Below the pieces are notes generated by a model that did no database searches, was not told the DNA's origin, and worked only from the letters and a program-made list of their open reading frames with translations. This document shows positions 55,480-64,000 of a stretch of 64,000 nt of DNA, piece after piece. Both the position numbers and the translations under genes were made by a program. Position 1 is the stretch's first letter. Each line of letters begins with the position of its first letter. The DNA is from Camelus ferus (lineage: Eukaryota). The stretch spans positions 63,428,001 to 63,492,000 of the forward strand of contig NC_045697.1 of assembly GCF_009834535.1 (NCBI RefSeq), in the 5' to 3' direction.

Positions 55480-57799
55480 AATCATTTCTTTATTCAATTG
55501 GTTTTCAGTAACAGTATGTACCAAAGAGTGAGGTTAGAAAGTGAAAAAGGATGGGTTAAAATTCATACCTTCAGTTGAATCTCATAAACCTGGAGGGGTG
55601 AAATGGGAAAGCAGGGGACTGTAAATCTTTGAAGTGTTTCCCAGATGATCTAGGTAGAATCTTCATTTACCCATGTTGAAAACTATCTATCTAGTTTACT
55701 ACCTGTATGCTTCAGTATTGGTTTCCTTCAATATATAGTTTTCTTTTTATTACGTTATAATCCTGTGACTTGACTGGCTGTCTTCTTATGATGTTAGATG
55801 TTGCACAGCTGGACAAAATTAAAGTAGCAATAGAAGAGCAGAAATCATATTTAAATTTATAGTCAAAGTGAACAGAAAGGTCTACTGCTTTCAAAATAGT
55901 ATAATACTATTAAAGTACAAGTCTCTCAAAGTGACAAGTTCAGAATAAAGACCTCATGAATTACAATTACAATTTCTGTGTTCAAGCAAAATAACTTGAC
56001 AATTATTGACAGAATAAGATACCATTCACCTTTACGATACATTACTTTCTCAGTAAATCCCAGTCCAATGCCATTTAAAACAGTGTGTTAAATTGTACAC
56101 TTTCATAAGCTGCTTTCTTCAGCTTAATTATCAACGTGCTTATTGCTCTTCTATGTGTAAAGAGAGCTTAGTAGCGAAAGGATTCAAAGATGCCATTCTT
56201 TCCCTGCAGGTGTTTGTAATTTAGCCTTTTTTGCTCCATGTCTTTGCTGTCTAGTAAATAGTCATAGAGTTTTAATTGTGTGGAGCTGGGGTATTTATGT
56301 AAAAGAATGTTTTTGAAAGTTAACTTTTGCCTATTTACTACAAAATATAAATAAATTTGTTCTTTTCCTCCTTACCCTCTGATGGGAGAGTTCTCTATTA
56401 GATACATTCTCAAGAGTTTTTATGATGCAGAATCAGACGGGAAGCCAGGCAGGACACGTGGCTCCTAAACAAGGGCCAGAGGACACTTGGGAGCAGCTGA
56501 AGCTTATCAGAGAAACTGCCTGAGGAGAAGAGAGTAGAAATAGTAAAAATTATCCCTGTAAACTATGTGTCAGGTAATGTAGTTCAAGATACGCAAACAA
56601 AGATCTCTGGTTGTTGCAAACTTTTTTTTTTTTTTTGGCCCTGGAACATCTTTAGAACACAATGTACCACATGTGCCATAGATTCATGATTTGCTAAGTA
56701 TGCTTGAATAAATAGTTTGGTATTCATATGTATTTTTCTAGGATATAATACCTTTAATATTGCAAGCACATTGATGAAAATTTAGAAATTAAAATACTTA
56801 AAAATCACACAAAACCCCACAACGTTAACAAAATGATTGTCATAATTTTACATATTTTTAGATTTGTGTATATTTCACTTAGAATTCCATTTACCAAAGA
56901 AAGTGGATTTTTTCTGTTACCACATAGACTTTGTAACCATCAATTTTTTTAACTGCAAAATATTTCACTGAGTAGATTTACTATCATTTAATAATAATTC
57001 TTCAATTGTATACTTGGGTTGCTTCACATTGTAATGCTGGGTGTCTATGGTATGGCCGCTAATTTTCAGTCTTCAAGTATGTTTTCTTTTAACCAGGAGG
57101 GCTGGGATGGGATGAGGATGGGATATGGGTATCAGGGCATTTAGTTACATTTTTTCCCATGCCTGGAGGTGATTATTTTTCTGACCATATTTTGATGACA
57201 AGTGAAAAAGAATTTGAACAATTTCATGTCTCCATAAACTTCATCACATGCTGATTAGCAGTCAAAATGAATTTGACTTTGATGAAGCTGACTTGTCTAG
57301 ACATTTTGATCAGTGTCAAGTTGCTGGAAAGTGGCAGTGCTTCTCAGTATATGGTGGTGGCTGCCCTAGCTTCTGCTCAGAAGGCCAGGACAAGAGGCTC
57401 TGGGGTTCATTTGAATGATTAGGTGAGTGTGACATAAAGGCAAAAATACTGCTACACATACAGACTAAGGATACACCTGCGCCTCTTCACTTGTTCAAGA
57501 ATCAGATAGTGACTAACTATGCAAAGATAAGAATGCTTTATGTTTATAACTTAAAGGAATAAAGAACTGCTATATTTGATATGCTAATAAGCCTGTATTA
57601 ACATAATCACCCTCTGTTAGAAAAAAGAATCACACTTGAAGAGCTTTGTGGGTAAGAGACATAGTAGAAGAGGTCATGGTTTATGTATTCTTTTTTCTAT
57701 TCTTTTTATTTGCATATTTATTACTGAAAAATCATATATCAATTCAATTACTCACATATAATCTGTAAGAAAGTCTAGCAGTTGAAAATAATATCTCTG

Positions 57800-58226
57800 T
57801 GTATTAGTTTCCTAGGACTGATGAAACAAAGTACCACAAACAGAGTAGCTTAAATGACAAACATTTATTGTCTCAGCGTTCTAGAGGCTAGAATTCTGAG
57901 ATCAAGATGTTGGCAGGACTGTGCCTCCTTTGAAGGCGCTAACAAAGCATCTGCCCCAGATCTGTCTCCTAGCCACCTGTGGTTCCACTGGAGCATAACT
58001 CCAGTCTTCACATGGTGTTCTTCTCATGTGCATTTATCTGTGCCCAAGTCTCTCCTTTTTATAAAGACACTTAGACATATTGGATTAGGGGACTACCGTA
58101 GTCCAGTATTTTCTCATCTTAACCCCTTACATCTGCAATGACTCTATTTCAAATAAGATCACATCCTGAGGTACTAGGGGGTATTTCAACATATGAATTT
58201 TAAGGGGACACTTTCAATTCTTACCA
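57800..58226 (-). mobile_element. MLT1B/C-like MaLR solo LTR
   Basis: tgtattagtttcctaggactg...aaagtaccacaaac...ttctagaggctaga...ggggacac...ca; near-TSD ctctg/gtctg. Confidence 0.85.
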
Positions 58227-58289
58227 GTCTGTTACATAGATTATTTCATTTTCTTCTGTTCACGGGTACTTCTCTGCCTCCTGAAAACT

Positions 58290-60010
58290 AGCATTTCCTC
58301 CTATGGACTGGATCTTATCCCTGAATGCTTGAAGGATTTTCCTCTCTCATTTATTCCTTCTTTCACCTGTGCTTCTAACTTCTCCCATCTTACTGAATCA
58401 TTCTTGGTCTTTAAACCTGTTCAAGCTTGTCCATCTGAAATACACACACACTCTCTCAATCCTATTAACTACCAGACTTCATTTCTTGGAAGAAGCTTGC
58501 ATTTTGACAAGTATATAGTTGGTAACTCCTTATTTCTCCTTCATCTTCAATTTGCTTCTCAGCTCACTGTAATCTGGATTCTGCTTGTAACATACCACCT
58601 GAAACTGCTTTGTCAAAGACAACAGTGACTGAACTTGTCGATAAACCCTTACTTTACTTCATCTTCTCCGTGTCCAGCATCATCAATTTCCGTCTCCTTC
58701 CTGCCATGACTCCACGCTTTCCTTATTTTCCACTTGTTCATTTTCAGTTTTCTTCACGTTTGCTTCTTTTCATCTCTCAGTTACTGTTTTTCCACATCAT
58801 TGTACTGGTGATTCCCAGATTTCATTTCCTGACCAGACCCCTCTCGTCTGAGCCCATGCTAACATAGCCAATATTCCTCAGCTGAATGTTACAAGGAACC
58901 TGAAAATTAAACTTACTGTCTTTTCTTTATCTTAAATTCTCCCATTTTGGCAGCCTTAAGTGAGTAGGCCATGGGGCCCAGCCTTAAGTGAATAGGCCGT
59001 GGGGCCCAGGCTAAAGTTCACAATAGCTTGCACCTGGTAAGGAGTAAATATATGCATGCGCCAGTTACGTAAGCTTTATAAACAAAAAAAAGCAAAGGTA
59101 CGCACGCGCTAGTAGCATTATGTAAGCCTTAGGGACCAAGAAATGAACAATGCGCACGTGCGGGCAGTATAGTTAAAAGCAGGACAAGTGCGCCACATGG
59201 CGGCCCCATCTTGTTGAACTAGAAGAAAGTGCCGAGTGCCGCTGCCGCCGCCCGCCATGTGCGCCACCTGCTGGTACTGCAATAAAATGCTGTTTTGCTC
59301 TATGTCAGCTCCTCGCGCATTTTTCCAGGTGGGTAGCTCACTTCCTCAAAACCCTCTTCAGCCCCCCTCGGCTGACATCCCACCTTAAATTGTATTTGTT
59401 TTCAATAGGAATGAGCAGTACTTGCGTTCACTGAGTAGACCCGCCAGAAACCTAACATCATCTATGACTTTCTCCTTTCATTTTTTGCTTCTACTCCACA
59501 TGTATCTGGTAGAGTCCACTTTCTAAATAGCTCTCAGATCCACTCCCACAGCCTCATCATAGTTTAAGTTCTAATGATTTCTTACCTGGATTAGTAAAAC
59601 AGACTCCTAACCATCTCTAGTCTTCTCCCATCCAGCCCATTCTCCATACTGTACCCAGAGTAAGGTGCATAAACTGAATTCTGATTATACCCTTTCACGG
59701 ATTAAAATTCTTTATTGATACACCATAGCCCTCTGAATAAAACTGAATTTATTATTATGACATAAATGACTTTTATGATTTGGTTCTCAATTGTTATTTG
59801 CCAGTGTATGGCTCTCCACACCATTATACTGAAATACGTGTTCCCCAAACTCTTGCAATTGATTTCTCTGCCTCCAGAAATTCTCACAGTCCTGCATTTG
59901 CTTAGAAAACACTTGCCTTCCTTTTATCATTTATTAATTCCATCTGACCATTGAGTTTCTGGTTTGACATTTCATTCTCAGGAAAGCTTTTTCTGACTCT
60001 ACTACCTTAG
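58290..60010 (+). mobile_element. Decayed L2 LINE interrupted by the young LTR at 58945-59377
   Basis: ccacctgaaactgctttgtcaaagac, ccagaccctctcgtctgagccca, tcttacctggattag...agactcctaac and ttctcaggaaagcttttct motifs. Confidence 0.6.
58945..59377 (+). mobile_element. Young CpG-rich ERV solo LTR (family not identified)
   Basis: 5-bp TSD tccca at 58940-58944 and 59378-59382; ends in ...ggctgaCA; TATA-like ttaaaa at 59173-59178; AATAAA at 59281-59286; about 20 CpGs by hand count; 28-bp tandem duplication in U3. The 5' end reads TT rather than the canonical TG. Confidence 0.85.
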
Positions 60011-60024
60011 TGCATCTATGTATT

Positions 60025-60326
60025 TGTTTTTTTGTTTGTTTGCTTTCTTTTGTTATAATTATAGTCAATTTACAATGTTAGTTTCTGGTGTACAGCATGG
60101 TGATTCAGTTATACACACATATCACTACAAAGTATTGAATATAGTTCCCTGTACTATACAGAGGGCCTTGTTGTCTATTTCATAAATATTAGTGAGTTTC
60201 TACAAATCCCTAACTCCCAATTTATTCTTCCCTCCCTTCCCCCACTGGTAACCATAAGTTTATTTTCTATGTCTGTGAGTCTGTTTCTATTTTGTAAATA
60301 AGTTTCTTTGTGTCTTTTTTTTAGAT
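60025..60326 (-). mobile_element. Artiodactyl/camelid L1 3' tail
   Basis: tttacaatgttagtttctggtgtacagcatggtgattcag...ggtaaccataagtttattttctatgtctgtgagtctgtttc. Confidence 0.85.
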
Positions 60327-60372
60327 CTTTTTTTGGGGGGTTATTTTTCTGTCACTATGTGGCACATTAATA

Positions 60373-60784
60373 CAGGTTTCCCCTACTATCCAAAAGTAGA
60401 GCATTCCTATGAAATCTTTCATAAGCCTAAATGGCATTAAGCAAAGAAGCAATCACCTTAGGGCACATCTTGCCAACAGATGTACAAAATAAACTGGGAT
60501 AAATCATGGGTGAAAGCTGAGAAGCTTGATGCCGAGACCCTGAGTTTAATTCTCGGGGAAGGAGCTTGGCAGGGCTGCTCTGGCTGCTCGAGTGCAAGCT
60601 GCCTCTACAACAGCTCACTGAAAAACAAATCTGAACGCTATTTTTAGTCTTTACCTTTTTTTCTCTTTTTTTAAAGTAAATATCCTCTTTGGACCTCTTT
60701 TGGTTAGCAAAACATGTACTGATGTAGATCTTTCATCAAAGTGAAGTGGCATAAAGCACATTTTGGAAAAGTGGGGGATACCTG
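60373..60784. mobile_element. Complete non-autonomous TcMar-Tigger DNA transposon
   Basis: TA TSDs at 60371-60372 and 60785-60786; imperfect TIRs CAGGTTTCCCCTACTATCCAAAA and the reverse complement CAGGTATCCCCCACTTTTCCAAAA. Confidence 0.88.
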
Positions 60785-60819
60785 TACAGACTTGGTCACT
60801 TAAGAAACACTTTGAAGTT

Positions 60820-61264
60820 TTTTGTCAGAGTCTGACAAGGCTGAAATTAAGGTGTCTGTCAGCTGCATTCTCATCTGGAGCTTGGGGTTTCTTCCAAGCC
60901 ATTCATCAGCTTTTGGAAGAATTCACTGCTGTGGCTGGCGTGGGAGGTTTGAAGTCCCCTTTCCTGGCTGGAGGCTGCTCTTACCTCCTCACCATATCCC
61001 TTCTCACAGGAGCCTCTCTGTCTTCAAAGCAGCAATGGTGAGGCAGGTCCTCTCACACTTTGACTCTCTCTGACTTCTGCCCCATGTGACTCATTAGGGC
61101 TCTGTGACTAGCCTAGGACCCATCAGATAATCTCCCCATTTTAATGTCAGCTGTACCACAGAACATCATACAACCATGGAAGTGATATCTTGTCATGCTC
61201 ACAGATGCTGGAAATAGGGGCAGGACAACTTTGGGGTACCGTTTTAGACATTCAATCTATGACA
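60820..61264 (-). mobile_element. MLT1E/F-like LTR remnant
   Basis: aaggctgaaattaaggtgtc...gcattctcatctggag...tcttcaaagcagcaatgg...gataatctccccattttaa. Confidence 0.7.
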
Positions 61265-63087
61265 GCCTAATTGTGGTTGTTTCCTTCATCTATACTTGAA
61301 TGATCCTCACTCTGGAAAAACTATACAGTACATACGATTCCCATTTTATGAAGAAAGCTCTGAACAGCAGTGTAGCTCAGAACTGAGGTACACTGGTTTT
61401 GTGTTCATGCAGACTTGGGTTTACTTCAGTAATAATTTTCTAGTTCCACAGTATAGAAAAGTTGTTAAAACACTGAAAAATGTGGTTAAGAAGTCCTTCC
61501 TGGTAAAAATGTTGTGGGTCTCCACTGACGAAGTATGCAAAGAATCTGGGACTATTTCAGAATTTCAACAAATTATAGTTCTGTTATTAGTAGTTGATTT
61601 CTTCAAGATGACACAACTAAATTGTAACACAGCAAAGACTCAAATGCAAGTCTTCTCTGTCTCCATTGAGTGACACTAAGAGGTAACATGAAAAACATTG
61701 TTAGATTTGTAAGTGTTCTTCTGTATCAGGTGATAGTTTTTAAGATAGTTTCATGTTGTCTAATGACCCTCTCAAACTTCCCAGTTTTAGATTTAAATTA
61801 AATGAAAATGTAATTTAATTTACAGGAGCTTGAAAACAAAAATTTTGTTTTGTCATGGAAATTAATTACACAGCTGGTCACCATATGCAGGCATTCAGTA
61901 CATAAGCAAACATTGAAAATTATATCTACTTCATAAGTTGAAAAAGCTGCTTTTCCCAAATTCCTGTATTTGCCATCCTAAAGACTCCTGCTTTACAACG
62001 TGCATAAAATGACTACTTGAAGATGCTATGTGCATGCTGTTACTATCCATTAGTGCTCTAAAAAAGAACAAAGCATGACCTTGACTCCTTTCCTCACTTC
62101 CTAGCGCTGGTTTATGTTTTGTAGCTGTGATCTGTAGCTTCAGCTCATGTTCCTTGCTTTTTTGCAGCCTAGTTTTCTGACCTACCAGGCTGCCTCAAAC
62201 CACTGCTTACACTGATCCTTGTACTGCACAGTGTTGAATCTCTCTGCTTTTTCTCCTTCCCAGAATTCTACAGTTATGCCAGAATTCTTGAAAAAACATT
62301 CCTAAAGCAGTACTGTTTCTGTATTCCTCATCATTGTCACAATTCAGCACCCCATAAAATGGGATATTACTATTTGTTGGATCTGCTGATATTAGGGATG
62401 TCTCTCTTTTCAGTTTTTACTATCTTTAATAAAATACAAAACCAGAAAAGCCTTACTCTCCTTCTATTATGCAAACAATGTATATGCAATGCCAAGCAGT
62501 GCCCAATATTATTTACACTGTCCTTCCTCCTGTCTGAAGGTGGCATAAATGACCAGAGTCCAAGAGCTGTCTTAGCTGCCTTGTCCCAGGAGGATGGCAG
62601 AAGGGTGCCCACTACGCACAGCAAGCCCCTGCCAGTGCTAGGTTTTATGAGATTTAAAGATTCTTTAGATGGTGGGAACTGACACACTGACATTTAAATA
62701 TGAAAGAACCCTTTTTACTTATATCTCCAAATGAGAGAAGACTGCCAGGCAGGGTCATGCAGGAGATTGCCCCCTGGGGACAAAGTAACAGTAAATCAGA
62801 GCTACAGAGGGCAGTTTACATATGGCTAGTAGAATGGGATTAGCTCAGTTTCCAGCACTTTCTGAGGACTGGCTAATTCAAATAATTTTAAGAGCTCTGG
62901 GGCAGAGAGGCTGTCTGTATTTGCCTGGTACCTGGCCTGATGGGGCTGGTACATAACGGCCCTGGAGTGTGAGGGCCCCATAAAGAAAGTGTTTGGAATG
63001 TGGACTTGATCAGCCATTGGAGAAGAAGAACTAATTGGCCTCTAGCCAGAGTCTCAAAACTAAGTCAAGATAGGATTTTATTCTACC

Positions 63088-63381
63088 TTTATTTTTTTTA
63101 AATTGACGTATAGTCAGTTTACAATGTTGTGTCAATTTCTGGTGTACAGCATAATAGTTCAGTCATACATATACGTGCATATATTTGTTTTCATATTCTT
63201 TTTCATTATGGGTTACCACAAGATACTGAATATAGTTTCCTGTGCTAGACAGTATAAACTTGTTGTTTTATCTATTTTACATATAGTAGTTAACATCTGC
63301 AAATCTTGAACTCCCAATTTATCCCTTCCCACCCTCTTCCCTCCTGGTAGCCATAAGTTTGTTTTCTGTGTCTGTGACTCT
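63088..63381 (-). mobile_element. Camelid L1 3' tail
   Basis: aattgacgtatagtcagtttacaatgttgtgtcaatttctggtgtacagc...ccataagtttgttttctgtgtctgtgactct. Confidence 0.9.
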
Positions 63382-64000
63382 GTACCAAACAAATAAAACA
63401 GCTGTATTACATACTTATAGGTGAGGAAGGAGATGCATTTGATGTCTTTGGTTGCTTTTCCTTCCCAGAAACTAAAGTTTATAGTTATGCTCAAACATAA
63501 TTCTTATTTTATTCAGGATGTTGGGAGGTAAGATGTCCCCTCCTTCTTACCTAAAACTTCATGAAAAGCAAGTAAACGTGACTTCACAACAGAGAGGGAC
63601 TTTTAAAAGGGTGTTTTTAACCATTAATTTTTTTTCTTGTATATTCTGCATTGTGAGAAGGATCACTAGGTTGCTTTCCCTGTTTAAGAAATACAACTAT
63701 AATGTGACAAGTGTGCCTGTCTTCTGTGAGAAAAAAAAAGTGCTGACTTCAGATAATCTCAAGACCTCTTAAAGATATTTATTTCTTCAAGAATTTTGTA
63801 TCAAGCAAGTACAAAGGGACAAATTAGTATTACTCTATCACTTGTTGACATTCTGTATTGAGAAGTTCATTGTTGATGAGGTTTTAAAGATATTTATGCC
63901 TTAAGTATATTTCCTAATTGATGGTGGTGAAACCCATGGGTTTAGGAGATCGGGCAACTAATTTGCTATGGCTACTAACTCAGAAATTTGAGTTAGAAAT

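Noticed and set aside
55262..55531. ORF MLCQFLVYS..., with a similar ORF at 63103-63309
   Set aside because: Both are antisense translations of the same L1 3'UTR family, not paralogous genes.
59197..59217. ATG at 59197 in the LTR
   Set aside because: Stops after six codons (TGA) and lies at or before the predicted start site; better read as part of a YY1-like motif.
61296..62693. 125-aa and 107-aa ORFs
   Set aside because: No recognisable homology or convincing exon structure; these lengths are expected by chance when alternative starts are allowed.
8022..64000. Next CCSER1 coding exon (recalled as starting DIMKDECS...)
   Set aside because: Not found by eye in this window; it probably lies further downstream.

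Overview
AT-rich mammalian intronic DNA, almost certainly from a camelid (alpaca/llama/camel), based on a Vic-1-type tRNA-derived SINE and artiodactyl-type L1 3' tails. The only supportable coding sequence is one 78-bp symmetric (phase 0/0) exon at 7944-8021 (+), SADMSPASSTASLPVSPLTEEPSPFK, which I recognise as an internal exon of the giant gene CCSER1 (FAM190A). The rest is intron filled with L1, L2, MIR, MaLR/ERV LTRs and DNA transposon remnants, and the ORF-track ORFs look spurious. The best leads are: (1) a young, CpG-rich, sense-oriented solo LTR at 58945-59377 carrying promoter motifs, a good-context ATG and a 24-codon ORF ending at a phase-0 splice donor, which could be an in-frame alternative first exon for a truncated CCSER1; (2) a consensus-like recursive-splice site (pyrimidine tract-CAG|GTGAGT) at 46768-46775; (3) a 71-nt pre-miRNA-sized hairpin at 1051-1121; (4) a MER41-like LTR with STAT/GAS motifs; (5) a 3'-truncated L1 (5'UTR plus ORF1 only) bounded by an apparent TSD. 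Repeat subfamily names come from recall of consensus sequences, not from a database search, and all functional ideas are hypotheses.
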